Positions 1 to 9,790 of a DNA stretch of 64,000 nucleotides are shown here, piece by piece. The first letter of the stretch is position 1; each line of letters begins with the position of its first letter. Where the stretch lies: positions 5,376-69,375 of the forward strand of contig CAMAWR010000004.1 in NCBI GenBank assembly GCA_945862045.1. Direction: 5' to 3'. The position numbers and the translations under genes were made by a program. The DNA is from Bifidobacterium breve (GTDB taxonomy: Bacteria; Actinomycetota; Acidimicrobiia; Acidimicrobiales; Ilumatobacteraceae). Under the pieces are notes generated by a model. It saw nothing but the letters and a program-made list of their open reading frames with translations. It searched no databases and had not been told where the DNA came from.

Positions 1-372
1 CGAAATTTTGTAGCGATTCATCAGGTGTTCGGCGTCGTCAAGTGTTGCTGTTGCTGGCAGCGTGACCGGGTCGCTGATCATTCCCGATTGTGAACGTTTT
101 ACTTTTTGCACCTCGGCGGCTTGGTCTTGCACCGACAAATTACGGTGCACGACCCCGATGCCACCGCAACGGGCCATGGCGATGGCCAACCTGGCCTCGG
201 TCACGCGATCCATCGCGGCAGACACAAGCGGAATATTCAGCACGATGTCTCGCGCAAAGGTGGTTGCAGTCTCGACTTGGTCGGGCAACACATCGCTGAA
301 CCCCGGTACGAGCACGACATCATCAAAAGTAAGCCCCTCGAAGCGGTCAAAGAGTTCGTGATTATGGCTCAT
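1..372 (-). CDS. guaB: IMP dehydrogenase, N-terminal part (3' end lies beyond the left edge)
   Basis: Absent from the ORF track because it has no stop in the window. Reverse-complement translation from the ATG at 372..370 gives [79 protein letters not shown]...[11 protein letters not shown]. This is the canonical IMPDH N-terminus plus the start of the CBS region. It starts 11 nt after the purN stop. Confidence 0.9.
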   Translation of the reverse strand, partial: MSHNHELFDRFEGLTFDDVVLVPGFSDVLPDQVETATTFARDIVLNIPLVSAAMDRVTEARLAIAMARCGGIGVVHRNLSVQDQAAEVQKVKRSQSGMISDPVTLPATATLDDAEHLMNRYKIS

Positions 373-383
373 ACTGTGGCTCC

Positions 384-1007
384 TTAGGCAAAGCGTAGAG
401 GCTGATGAGTTTTCTCGACGAGTGGCCGATCGATGAATTCAACTAGGGCACGCACCAGCAGGTGATGCTCGGCTTCATGCATACGGGCGGCAAAATCGGC
501 GAGGGTCTCACTTTTTTGCATGGCAACCTGCACCGAGGCCAGTACTGGCCCGCTGTCGACACCTGCATCCGGCACGAGGTGCACCATGACGCCGCTGTGG
601 GTGCGCGACCCCTCTTGTGCTTGGGCATGCGCACGTTCAATCGCCTGCGTTCCTGGCAACTCGCCGGGTAATGCGGGGTGAATGTTCAATACAGCCTGCG
701 GGAAAGCATCGAGAAACTCCGGCGAAAGCACCCGCATAAAACCAGCCAGCACCACGATGTCGGGCCTCCATGCCCCCACCACTTCACACAGCCGCTCGTC
801 GTACTGCACACGGGTTTCGGCTGGTTGTGGTTCGACCACCACGGTCGGCACGCCCGCGGTGGTGGCTCGCTGCAGCGCGCGCACGGCTGGGCGGTTGCTT
901 ACGACCCCAACCACACGGGCAGCCAGCCGACCATCACCAACTGCGTCGAGTATTGCCTGCAGATTGCCGCCATTACCCGAGACGAGCACGACGATTCGTT
1001 TGGTCAT
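384..1007 (-). CDS. purN: phosphoribosylglycinamide formyltransferase
   Basis: 207 aa. It has [28 protein letters not shown] and NIHPALPG motifs typical of PurN. Its ATG overlaps the upstream gene's stop (ATGA at 1004-1007). Confidence 0.95.
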   Translation of the reverse strand: MTKRIVVLVSGNGGNLQAILDAVGDGRLAARVVGVVSNRPAVRALQRATTAGVPTVVVEPQPAETRVQYDERLCEVVGAWRPDIVVLAGFMRVLSPEFLDAFPQAVLNIHPALPGELPGTQAIERAHAQAQEGSRTHSGVMVHLVPDAGVDSGPVLASVQVAMQKSETLADFAARMHEAEHHLLVRALVEFIDRPLVEKTHQPLRFA

Positions 1008-3268
1008 ACGAGGCTCACTTCACACGGGCCCTCGGTTATTTCACCGATTACCCACGTGTCTTCATCGATTGCCTTGCGCACGGCATCGACATCACCGCGG
1101 GCAGTCACCACCACCATGCCCACACCCATGTTGAGGGTGCGATGCAATTCATCGTCAGCGAGTGATGACACCTCGCGGACCAACGCAAAAAGTGGTGGCA
1201 GCGGCCACGAGCCGAGGCGCACCGTTGCCGCACAACCTGCGGGCAGCACACGTGGAATATTTTCGATGAGCCCGCCACCAGTGACGTGCACGAGTGCTTT
1301 CACGGCGGTGCCAGCCAGTACGGGTGCAAGCACAGGCAAATAACTACGATGCGAGACCAGCAGCGCGTCGAGCAGCGTGCACTGCCAACCAGCAGGCACG
1401 GCATCGAGTGGCAACCACTCGAGTGCGCGCCGTAGGTACGTGTAGCCGTTGGTGTGTGCGCCATTCGACGCCAGTGCAATCAGCACGTCACCGGGCGCAA
1501 TGGTGGATTCGGGCAACAGTCGTGCCCGCTCAGCCACCCCCACCAAGGTGCCCGCCACATCGAACGCGCCATCGCGGTACACACCAGGCATCTCGGCGGT
1601 CTCACCCCCGATCAACACGCACCCAGCGACCTTGCATGCTTCGGCCATTCCGCCAACCACTTCGGCCACGTCGGTGGCTGATAGGCGTGACGAAGCGATG
1701 TAGTCCAAGAAAAATAGTGGTGTTGCGCGCTGCACGAGCACGTCGTTGATGCAGTGGTTGACGATGTCGTGCCCGACCCCGCGTAGGCGGCGTGTGCGTG
1801 CAGCAAGTTCAACCTTGGTTCCAACCCCGTCGGTTGATGCGACCAGCACGGGCGCATCGAAGTTTTTCAGGAACGAAACATCAATTGACCCACCGAATGC
1901 ACCGACCCCGCGCAGCACGGCCGGTGTCATGGTCGCTTCGACACTGGCCTTCATGAGTTGCACCGCGCGATTGCCTTCGGCGATGTCAACACCTGCCTGT
2001 GCGTACGAACGCACGGCACGTGCCTTGGCACGCCACCCGATGTCACGGCGATACTGCATGCCTTCGAAATCGACCGCTGCAACCCCCGCGTACGCGTGCG
2101 TGCGTGCTTCATCAAGTGACGCGCCAATCCCTACGCAGGTGACTACTCGCCCACCGGCGGTCACGAGTGGGCCTTGCGCCGAATCATGACGGTGTTTGGT
2201 TGCTGCGTGATACACCTCGAGCACGGGCGATGGTGTCGGCAAAGAGCGAACCTCCACCTCGCCGTGTTGCACGGCTGGGTAACCCTGGGCTGCCACCACC
2301 ACGCCCAGTGCCACGGCATTACGCACGGCAATTGGTGCGCCCAAAGAGCCGTTCACACACCGCAAGATGAGTTGCAGAAAGTCTTCGGACAACAACGGCA
2401 GCAATACTTGGGTCTCAGGGTCGCCGAATCGGCAGTTGTACTCCAGCAGTCGTGCCCCGTCAGCAGTCAACATGAGACCGGCAAAAAGTGCACCGATATA
2501 CGGTGTGCCTTGCACTGCCAAGTGCTCGATGACCGGTCGCACGAAGGCTTTGTCAAGATCATCGGCGCTGTACCCAACCTCGGCAGGCGCATAAGCACCC
2601 ATACCACCGGTGTTGGGCCCCACGTCTGCCTCACCGATGCGTTTGTGATCCTGTGCGATTGGTAGTGGTCGCGAGGTTCTGCCGTCGCACAAACTGATGA
2701 GCGAACACTCGACACCAACGAGTCGTTCTTCGAGCACCACGTCGTCAATCGCAATCAGTCGCTGCAGAGCCGCGAGTGCTTCACCGCGTGACTCGGCCAC
2801 CACCACGCCCTTGCCAGCAGCCAACCCCGATTGCTTCACCACCACGCCTGCATCGAACGATTGCAGCCAGGCCTGTGCCGCGGCGAGTTCGCCACGCGCG
2901 AACGTTGCGTAGCGCGGTGCAGGAATCCCAAGTTGATCGGCCATCTCACGCGCGAACACCTTCGACGACTCGAGCTGTGCCACGTTTTGGGTGGGCCCGA
3001 AGGCAGCCACACCTGCTGCACGCAATGCATCGACCACCCCGGCAGCCAGCGGTGCTTCGGGCCCGACCACGACAAGGTCGATGTGTTCGCGCGCAGAGAG
3101 CGCCACGACCGCTGCGGTGTCGCAGGGGTCAACATTCAGGCGATGACCTGGGGTTCCCGCATTTCCAGGCGCAACGAACAACTCTGCACAGCTCGACGAT
3201 GCGGCGAGCGCCTGGGCCATCGCGTGTTCCCGTGCGCCACTTCCCAGGAGAAGCACGCGGTGCTTCAT
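1004..3268 (-). CDS. purD/purM: bifunctional GAR synthetase / AIR synthetase (PurD-PurM fusion)
   Basis: One uninterrupted frame. The N-terminal ~420 aa is PurD ([19 protein letters not shown]-grasp [22 protein letters not shown]). The linker ...[20 protein letters not shown] sits near 2006-2060. The C-terminal 334 aa is PurM ([27 protein letters not shown]). I chose the start at ATG 3268, which shares one nucleotide with the purF stop (TGATG), rather than the ORF-track start at 3433, which would overlap purF. Confidence 0.9.
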   Translation of the reverse strand: MKHRVLLLGSGAREHAMAQALAASSSCAELFVAPGNAGTPGHRLNVDPCDTAAVVALSAREHIDLVVVGPEAPLAAGVVDALRAAGVAAFGPTQNVAQLESSKVFAREMADQLGIPAPRYATFARGELAAAQAWLQSFDAGVVVKQSGLAAGKGVVVAESRGEALAALQRLIAIDDVVLEERLVGVECSLISLCDGRTSRPLPIAQDHKRIGEADVGPNTGGMGAYAPAEVGYSADDLDKAFVRPVIEHLAVQGTPYIGALFAGLMLTADGARLLEYNCRFGDPETQVLLPLLSEDFLQLILRCVNGSLGAPIAVRNAVALGVVVAAQGYPAVQHGEVEVRSLPTPSPVLEVYHAATKHRHDSAQGPLVTAGGRVVTCVGIGASLDEARTHAYAGVAAVDFEGMQYRRDIGWRAKARAVRSYAQAGVDIAEGNRAVQLMKASVEATMTPAVLRGVGAFGGSIDVSFLKNFDAPVLVASTDGVGTKVELAARTRRLRGVGHDIVNHCINDVLVQRATPLFFLDYIASSRLSATDVAEVVGGMAEACKVAGCVLIGGETAEMPGVYRDGAFDVAGTLVGVAERARLLPESTIAPGDVLIALASNGAHTNGYTYLRRALEWLPLDAVPAGWQCTLLDALLVSHRSYLPVLAPVLAGTAVKALVHVTGGGLIENIPRVLPAGCAATVRLGSWPLPPLFALVREVSSLADDELHRTLNMGVGMVVVTARGDVDAVRKAIDEDTWVIGEITEGPCEVSLV

Positions 3269-4689
3269 CAGGCGAGCACATGGTCGAACTGCGACTTGGT
3301 GTGTCGTCGCGTAATTTCCACTGGGTACTCGCCCGTGAAGCAGGCGTTGCAATAGCCATTGGTCTTGCCGAGTGCTGCCATCATTGCCTCGATTGAAATA
3401 AATGCAATCGAGTCGGCACCAACATGTCGACACAACTCGTCAACCGTCATGCGGGCTGCAATGAGGTCGTTGTCGTGGCCCATGTCAACGCCGAAATGAC
3501 AGGCATTGATGATTGGTGGACAGGTGATTCGCAGATGCACCTCGCGGGCGCCAGCTTCGCGCAACAACGTGACCAGCGGCCCGGCAGTCGTTCCACGCAC
3601 GAGCGAGTCGTCGATCAGTACCACTCGCTGGCCCGCCAAATTCTCGGGCAGGCTGTTGAATTTCATCGCCACACGACGCGTACGCATCTCCTGGGTCGGT
3701 TCGATGAAGGTGCGTCCGATGTAACGGTTTTTGATGAGGCCATCGTTATACGGAATGCCACTGACTCGCGCATAACCAATCGCTGCCGGAATCGAAGAGT
3801 CGGGCACCGGCACCACCACGTCGGCTTGTGCCGGATGTTCGATCGCCAACTGCTCGCCTAGACGCTGGCGAACTTGGTGTACGTTCATCGAATCCCAGTC
3901 CGAGTCGGGTCGCGAAAAATAGATGAACTCAAACGTGCACCGAGACAGCGTCGCTGCCGCTGGCACCGCCTGAATGCGGCGGATATCGGTGCCGTTCATC
4001 ACCACGATCTCACCTGGGCGCACTTCTTCGATATCGGTGCAACCAAGCGTGCGCAGCGCACACGTTTCAGAGGCCACGGCGTGACCCCCATCAGGCAACC
4101 GGCCCACCGACAACGGGCGGAATCCCCATGGGTCTCGTGCGGCCAGCACCGTATCGGCCACCAAAATCACCAACGAGTACGCGCCAATCCAACTTGGCAT
4201 GAGTGTCGCCAAACGATCTTCCCAGGTGTCACCCTTCGCCGCCGCCAACATAAGGGTCATGACTTCGGTGTCAGAAGTTGCAGTCAGGCCAAAACCCCGA
4301 GTCAGTAGTTCGCTGCGCAAATATGCAGCATTCACCAGGTTGCCGTTATGTGCCAGCGCCAACGGCCCATACATCGTTTCCACCAAAAATGGTTGGGCGT
4401 TTCGCGCACCCGACGAACCCGTCGTGGAATACCGCGTGTGGCCAATGGCGTGCGAACCAACGAGTGGTGCCAGCCGTTCGGGGGTGAATATCTGGCCAAC
4501 CAAACCGACTTCCTTGTGGATACGCGCCGTCGAACCGTCAGCTACGGCGATGCCAGCGGCTTCCTGCCCGCGATGTTGTAATGCAAACAGACCGAAGAAT
4601 GTTTGCTGTGCCACTTGGGTGCCGGTTGAGCTCAAACCAATGACGCCACATTCCTCGCGGGGTGAGTCGTCGGAGTAATCGTGCATCAC
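3268..4689 (-). CDS. purF: amidophosphoribosyltransferase
   Basis: 473 aa. A short propeptide precedes the catalytic Cys (MMHDYSDDSPREEC-GVIGL). A PRPP-binding VVLIDDSLVRGTT motif is present. ATGA overlap with purC. Confidence 0.95.
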   Translation of the reverse strand: MMHDYSDDSPREECGVIGLSSTGTQVAQQTFFGLFALQHRGQEAAGIAVADGSTARIHKEVGLVGQIFTPERLAPLVGSHAIGHTRYSTTGSSGARNAQPFLVETMYGPLALAHNGNLVNAAYLRSELLTRGFGLTATSDTEVMTLMLAAAKGDTWEDRLATLMPSWIGAYSLVILVADTVLAARDPWGFRPLSVGRLPDGGHAVASETCALRTLGCTDIEEVRPGEIVVMNGTDIRRIQAVPAAATLSRCTFEFIYFSRPDSDWDSMNVHQVRQRLGEQLAIEHPAQADVVVPVPDSSIPAAIGYARVSGIPYNDGLIKNRYIGRTFIEPTQEMRTRRVAMKFNSLPENLAGQRVVLIDDSLVRGTTAGPLVTLLREAGAREVHLRITCPPIINACHFGVDMGHDNDLIAARMTVDELCRHVGADSIAFISIEAMMAALGKTNGYCNACFTGEYPVEITRRHTKSQFDHVLA

Positions 4690-5615
4690 GCCACCTCGCG
4701 CAACGTGTTCAACAGTTCGTCGGGTGTTGGGTCGGCAGCAGGCACGAAGGCGTTGCCGGTAATTCGTTCGTAGGCGGCTACATAGCGGACAGATGTTGCA
4801 GCAATTACGTCAACGGGCAATTCAGGTGGCGTGCCACTACCGCGGTATCCCGCAGCAGCCAGCGCAATTCGTACGGGTTCTTTGTCGAGGCTCTCTGGTT
4901 CGCGACCTTGCGCCAAGCGTTCACCAAGTGTGGCCGCGACCCAGAATCGCGACGAGTCGGGGGTATGCAGTTCGTCGATCAACAACACGCGACCCTCGCT
5001 GTCTATACCAAATTCATATTTTGTATCAGCCAAAACAAGACCAACCCCTGCAGCCACTGCGCAACCATGCGAATACAACGCAAGTGCGGCCGAACACACC
5101 TGCTGCCACATCGCAGTTTCAACCAGCCCGCGAGCGACCACGTCGTGAGAGGTGATGGGCTCGTCGTGGCCACCATCTTGCGCTTTGGTGGTCGGGGTAA
5201 TGATGGGCTCGGGTAGCGCACTGTGTGGTGCCAAGCCATCGGCAAAGTCGTGGCCGTACATCGTGCGGTGGCCGGCTAAATACTGCGTCAACAGAGCCGT
5301 TGACGTTGAACCGGTGAGCGCACCACGCACCACTACTTCCACCGGCAATGGTGTTGCAGCAGTGACGATCATCGTATGTGGCTCGGGCATCGCAATGAAA
5401 TGGTTGTCGATGATGTCGCGGGTATTTTCAAACCACCATGCCGACAACTGGTTGAGCACCTGCCCCTTGCGCGGCACCACTGCCACCACGCGATCAAAAG
5501 CCGACAGCCGATCGGTGGTCACGATGATGCGTCGGTCATTGGGCAACGCCCACGAGACCCGCACTTTTCCGGCGCGACGGTCGGGCAGTTGCAGGTCGAT
5601 GTCACGCAATGGCAT
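4686..5615 (-). CDS. purC: phosphoribosylaminoimidazole-succinocarboxamide synthase (long form)
   Basis: GKVR...TDRLSAFD...GQVLNQLSAWWF and LVLADTKYEFG motifs. The start is uncertain: ATG 5615 (MPLRDIDL) is preferred, and the ORF-track start at 5642 is also possible. Either start overlaps the purQ 3' end. Confidence 0.88.
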   Translation of the reverse strand: MPLRDIDLQLPDRRAGKVRVSWALPNDRRIIVTTDRLSAFDRVVAVVPRKGQVLNQLSAWWFENTRDIIDNHFIAMPEPHTMIVTAATPLPVEVVVRGALTGSTSTALLTQYLAGHRTMYGHDFADGLAPHSALPEPIITPTTKAQDGGHDEPITSHDVVARGLVETAMWQQVCSAALALYSHGCAVAAGVGLVLADTKYEFGIDSEGRVLLIDELHTPDSSRFWVAATLGERLAQGREPESLDKEPVRIALAAAGYRGSGTPPELPVDVIAATSVRYVAAYERITGNAFVPAADPTPDELLNTLREVA

Positions 5616-6339
5616 GCAGCCTCCCGTTGCGCAAGAGATCAAGGCCCAGCCGTGCCGGCCCGTCGTGATTGCGCGAATGCTGGGGATGCTGGTGGGCTAG
5701 CACATGGTTCTCCGGATGCGGCATCAACCCGAGCACCAAGCCCGTGGGGTCGCAAATGCCGGCAACGTCGCCCCGTGAACCATTCGGGTTGTTCGCGGCG
5801 TACCGCAGGGCGATCTGTTCGTTGGTCACGAGTGAAGCCCAGGTTGTGTCATCGCAGGTAAAGCGACCCTCACCATGCGCAATCGGGCAATCAAGCCCGT
5901 CGGTGAGCCCCGAAGTCCACATACAACGCGATGATGGCGCCTCGAGACGAACCCATCGACATTCAAATTGCCCCGACTCGTTGTGCCCCAATGCTGCTTG
6001 TTGACCGGCACCCGGCAGAATGCCGAGCCGCACGAGCACCTGAAAACCATTGCAGATTCCGAGCACGGGCACACCTCGCTGAATGGCATCTTGCAGCGTG
6101 TCGTGCAATGCATATTGCAACTCGAGCGCAAACAACCGACCTGCACCGAGCGCATCGGCGTAAGAAAACCCGCCAGCCACCACCACTGCGGCACTATCAC
6201 GCAGTGGTTGGCGTGCGTCGCCAATTTGTCGTACGTCGAGTTGCTCGGTGCGAAACCCGGCAAGTTGCAGGGCAAATGCAAGGTCAGCGTCTCGGTTGGT
6301 GCCAGGTGCAGTGAGGATCGAGGCGAGTGGTGCGGTCAT
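5602..6339 (-). CDS. purQ: FGAM synthase, glutamine amidotransferase subunit
   Basis: 245 aa. It has the triad motifs VLGICNGFQVL and GLMPHPE. ATGA overlap with the purL stop. Confidence 0.95.
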   Translation of the reverse strand: MTAPLASILTAPGTNRDADLAFALQLAGFRTEQLDVRQIGDARQPLRDSAAVVVAGGFSYADALGAGRLFALELQYALHDTLQDAIQRGVPVLGICNGFQVLVRLGILPGAGQQAALGHNESGQFECRWVRLEAPSSRCMWTSGLTDGLDCPIAHGEGRFTCDDTTWASLVTNEQIALRYAANNPNGSRGDVAGICDPTGLVLGLMPHPENHVLAHQHPQHSRNHDGPARLGLDLLRNGRLHAIA

Positions 6340-9188
6340 TGTGGCGCACCGCGAAACGCTTCGATGAGTGAACCGAGAGCGATGGTGTCATCGTTGATCT
6401 GCAGCATTGCCTCGCTGGTGAGTGTTGCAACCACGTGCACGTCATCGACCAAGGCAGCTTGCACTGCGTCGAGATTGCTCGGGTGAATCTCGACGATGAG
6501 CCGTGCGGGGCTTTCGGCAAACCACCATGTGTGCGCGTCGACACCGCTGGGTGGTGCGTGCACTTGCGCACCGAGGCGACCGCCAATCAGCATCTCGGCA
6601 ATGGCCACCGCCAAGCCGCCTTCGGATGGGTCATGACACGCCTGCAGCAGGTGCGCGTTCATCAGTTGGTGCACGGCCGCATAACGCGGCGGTGCAGCAC
6701 CGTCGGGTGCGGGCACGATCGTGCCGGTGGTTTCCGCAATGCGCGCAGCGTGACTGCCACACCACTGCGAAGTTGTGCGCCCCAGCATGACCAGCAGATT
6801 GCCTGCCTCTTTGGCATCTGTACCCACCACGATGTGCGCGTCGGGCACTCGACCAACTGCGGTGATCACCAAGGTGGGTGGCACCGACCGACGGGTCTCG
6901 TCGCGATCGACCCACTCGTTGTTGAGTGAATCTTTGCCCGAGACGAATGGTGCTGCATAGTGGGCAGCAGCGGCCACACATCCGTCGACGGCGGCAACCA
7001 ATTGCCCGAGCGTCGTTGCCCGGCGCGGGTCTCCCCACGAAAAGTTGTCGAGTAACACAATCTGGGTTGGGTCGGCACCGACTGCCACCACATTGCGAAT
7101 CGCCTCGTCAATAACCAGCCATGCCATGCGTTCGGCATCGGCCTCGCCGGTGAACGGCGACACACCGATGCCGATTGCAATACCGTGCTGCTCACCCGGC
7201 TCGACCAACACGGTGCCATCACCCGGGGCATCGCCATGCACGCCAACGAGTGGCCGCTGCATGGTTGCCCCGCGAATCTCGTGGTCGTATCGCCGAATCA
7301 CATCTTCTTTCGAGGCAATATTCGGGTGGGCCAACAACGCCAGCAACAACCCACCGATACTGCGTTGCAAGATTGCAGTCGGCACGGGCTCGCTAGCCGC
7401 GCGCTGTGGGTGTTGGGCGAGTGCATCCATTCGTCGTTGCGGGCGACCATCATGCAAAAACTTGGTGTCAAGTTGCAGCACGGTCTCGCCACTGGCGACT
7501 ACGCACAAGACCGAATCACCGGTGAAGTACCCGATATCGGTTGCCTCAACCCCGTGTCGTGTGCAAATTCTGACGAAATTGGCAAGTTGCCGCGGATCAA
7601 CCGCCACCACCATGCGCTCCTGGGCTTCTGACAACCACACTTCCCACGCCGCCAGACCTGGATACTTGAGCGGCACTCTTGCAACGTCGATGTGTGCGCC
7701 GACACCTTCGGCCATTTCACCGACCGCCGACGACAACCCGCCGGCACCGCAATCGGTGATGCTGCGGTACACGCCACGGGCCTCGGCCAGCGCGTCAATC
7801 AACAACTTCTCGACGATGGGGTCACCAATCTGCACGCTCGCACCGGCAACGTCACCCGTCGTTGCATCCATCGTCATCGATGAAAATGTTGCGCCGCGAA
7901 TCCCGTCGCGACCAGTGCGACCACCAAGAACTACGCACCGATCACCAGGCTCTGGTCGTTGGGGTGGTTGCCAGTCGGTAGCCACGCCGATACAACCTGC
8001 GTAGACGAGTGGGTTGGCGACATAACCGCGGTCGTACACCACCGCCCCAGCCACGGTCGGCAAACCAATCTTGTTGCCATAATCGGCAACACCGGCAACC
8101 ACGCCATCACGCACGCGGCACGGATGTAGCGAACCTTCTGGCAACTCGTCGAACATCGTGGTGGGTTCACCGAAACACAACACATCGGTGATGGCAATCG
8201 GATGATGGTCGGCACCAAGCACGTCACGAATTACCCCACCTACACCAGTGTTGGCGCCACCGAATGGTTCGACAGCGCTCGGATGATTGTGTGTTTCGCA
8301 CTTCAACGCGTACGTGCGGTGCTCGTCAAAACGAATGACACCGGCATTGCCGTCGAATGCACTCACCACGAACGGGCGGTGCAACTGTTTGGTTGATTGC
8401 CGAAGTTGGCCGAGCAAGGTGTCGGTGCGCTCGACACCATCAAGCACGATGCGCGCACGAAACGTTTTGTGTGAACAGTGCTCGCTCCATGTCTGGGCAA
8501 TCGTCTCTACTTCGACGTCGGTTGGTAGGCGACCACGAGTTACGAAGTGATCACGGATCGCCAGCAATTCGGCCGGGTCGAGTGCCAGACCACGCGCACG
8601 ATTGATTTGTTCGAGTGACGCCAAGGTTGCTGATGCATCAAACGCCAACTGCTCGGTGACACTCGACATTTCACCGTCGCGGGGCACGAACGACGGCTCG
8701 ATTGGGCTATCGATTGACCAGCGCTCAATGATCGGGTTGGCGAGCAATTTGGCAGCGAGGCATTCCAGTTGGTCGTTGGTGATTGCGCCATGCACCACGA
8801 AACGTCGACCAGTTGCCACACCCTGCAAACCGATGCCAGCGCGGTGAGCCACCCGCACGATTTCGTTCGCCACCGGGTCGGTCACACCGGGCAACAGCGT
8901 CGATTCAATGACCCACGAGTCTGTGCGGTGAACATCTTCATCTTCCAGCCTGTTCACCCACTGGCCCACTTGCAGCAACGGCTCGACCAACACATCGTGC
9001 AGAACATGCCGCTCAGCATCGTCGAGGTCAGCAACAACAAAAACTAGGTCACTCACCGTGATGTCGTGAATGGTGGTGATGCCAAGGTCGCGTGCGCCTG
9101 CCAACAGTGCCGTTGACCGTGGGTCGTGCGACCGTGACGACAAAACGAACTTCTCTAGTGCCGCCGATGTGGCGAGCACAGTTTTCAT
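6336..9188 (-). CDS. purL: FGAM synthase subunit PurL with a fused N-terminal tandem PurS-like domain (PurS-PurS-PurL)
   Basis: 950 aa, against roughly 740 aa for stand-alone small PurL. Residues ~95-165 (VIESTLLPGVTDPVANEIVRVAHRAGIGLQGVATGRRFVVHGAITNDQLECLAAKLLANPIIERWSI) match the PurS consensus. Residues ~10-80 are a more degenerate PurS-like repeat. The PurL core starts around LALDPAELLAIRDHF...EVETIAQTWSEHCSHKTF. No separate purS ORF exists in the cluster. Confidence 0.9.
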   Translation of the reverse strand: MKTVLATSAALEKFVLSSRSHDPRSTALLAGARDLGITTIHDITVSDLVFVVADLDDAERHVLHDVLVEPLLQVGQWVNRLEDEDVHRTDSWVIESTLLPGVTDPVANEIVRVAHRAGIGLQGVATGRRFVVHGAITNDQLECLAAKLLANPIIERWSIDSPIEPSFVPRDGEMSSVTEQLAFDASATLASLEQINRARGLALDPAELLAIRDHFVTRGRLPTDVEVETIAQTWSEHCSHKTFRARIVLDGVERTDTLLGQLRQSTKQLHRPFVVSAFDGNAGVIRFDEHRTYALKCETHNHPSAVEPFGGANTGVGGVIRDVLGADHHPIAITDVLCFGEPTTMFDELPEGSLHPCRVRDGVVAGVADYGNKIGLPTVAGAVVYDRGYVANPLVYAGCIGVATDWQPPQRPEPGDRCVVLGGRTGRDGIRGATFSSMTMDATTGDVAGASVQIGDPIVEKLLIDALAEARGVYRSITDCGAGGLSSAVGEMAEGVGAHIDVARVPLKYPGLAAWEVWLSEAQERMVVAVDPRQLANFVRICTRHGVEATDIGYFTGDSVLCVVASGETVLQLDTKFLHDGRPQRRMDALAQHPQRAASEPVPTAILQRSIGGLLLALLAHPNIASKEDVIRRYDHEIRGATMQRPLVGVHGDAPGDGTVLVEPGEQHGIAIGIGVSPFTGEADAERMAWLVIDEAIRNVVAVGADPTQIVLLDNFSWGDPRRATTLGQLVAAVDGCVAAAAHYAAPFVSGKDSLNNEWVDRDETRRSVPPTLVITAVGRVPDAHIVVGTDAKEAGNLLVMLGRTTSQWCGSHAARIAETTGTIVPAPDGAAPPRYAAVHQLMNAHLLQACHDPSEGGLAVAIAEMLIGGRLGAQVHAPPSGVDAHTWWFAESPARLIVEIHPSNLDAVQAALVDDVHVVATLTSEAMLQINDDTIALGSLIEAFRGAPQ

Positions 9189-9228
9189 AGCAAGAAACTA
9201 GTTTTTTTGTACCACATCACCGCCACGA

Positions 9229-9245
9229 TTTGACAAAAAGTCAAA
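9229..9245. promoter_or_regulatory. perfect palindrome TTTGAC-N5-GTCAAA containing a TTGACA -35-like hexamer, in the purSL / purE divergent intergenic region
   Basis: Read directly: tttgacaaaaagtcaaa at 9229-9245, inside the only non-coding gap of the purine cluster (9189-9280). No convincing -10 hexamer lies at canonical spacing, so both the promoter and the operator assignment are tentative. Confidence 0.3.
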
Positions 9246-9790
9246 GTGTTTATTGCGTCTACGCTTGGCGGGTGCCGAGTGTGACCAGCCCCACACCAAA
9301 GTCGAAAGCACTCATTGCAGTGGTGATGGGTTCACAGAGCGACTGGCCAACGATGAGCAAAGCAGTGGAAACACTCGAGAAATTTTCCGTGGTGCCCCAC
9401 ACCCAGGTACTTTCGGCACACCGCATGCCAGATGAGCTTTTTTCCTTCGCCGAAGCTGCTTCACAAATGGGCTTGCGGGCCATCATTGCCGGTGCTGGTG
9501 GTGCAGCTCACCTGCCAGGAATGCTCGCGGCCAAAACCACGGTGCCGGTGCTCGGTGTGCCGGTGCCCACCACGCATCTGGCCGGGCATGACTCGCTGTA
9601 CTCCATCGTGCAAATGCCCGCTGGCACGCCAGTGGCCACCTTTGCCATCGGTGAAGCAGGGGCAATCAACGCCGCCCTTTTTGCCCTGGCCATGCTGGCC
9701 CACGATGATCAGGCCCTGCACGACAAGTTGATCGAGTTCCGTCGTGTGCGCCACGATGCTGCTGCGTCGTCAACTTTGCCGCCTGCCTGA
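9230..9790 (+). CDS. purE: N5-carboxyaminoimidazole ribonucleotide mutase
   Basis: VVMGSQSDWPTM, SAHRMPD and AGGAAHLPGMLAA motifs. The true start is probably the GTG at 9281 (VTSPTPKSKALIAVVMGS). The longer ORF would begin inside the palindrome. Confidence 0.9.
   Translation: MTKSQSVYCVYAWRVPSVTSPTPKSKALIAVVMGSQSDWPTMSKAVETLEKFSVVPHTQVLSAHRMPDELFSFAEAASQMGLRAIIAGAGGAAHLPGMLAAKTTVPVLGVPVPTTHLAGHDSLYSIVQMPAGTPVATFAIGEAGAINAALFALAMLAHDDQALHDKLIEFRRVRHDAAASSTLPPA

Noticed and set aside
678-1343. 221-aa plus-strand ORF, and several shorter ones, across purN/purM
   Set aside because: It is antisense to strongly supported purine genes. It is Arg/Pro/Ser/Thr-rich and low-complexity, typical of shadow ORFs in GC-rich DNA.
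3269-3433. N-terminal extension of the purD/M ORF. Similar extensions occur at 41781-42011 (guaA), 24986-25159 (hppA), 43084-43176 (ribD) and 56777-57019 (TIM-barrel gene).
   Set aside because: The extensions overlap neighbouring genes or the riboswitch and show no family similarity. Internal starts give canonical N-termini and operon-style overlaps.
7045-8004. 319-aa plus-strand ORF inside purL
   Set aside because: It is an antisense shadow ORF with a Ser/Pro/Thr/Ala-rich composition. PurL motifs occupy the other strand.
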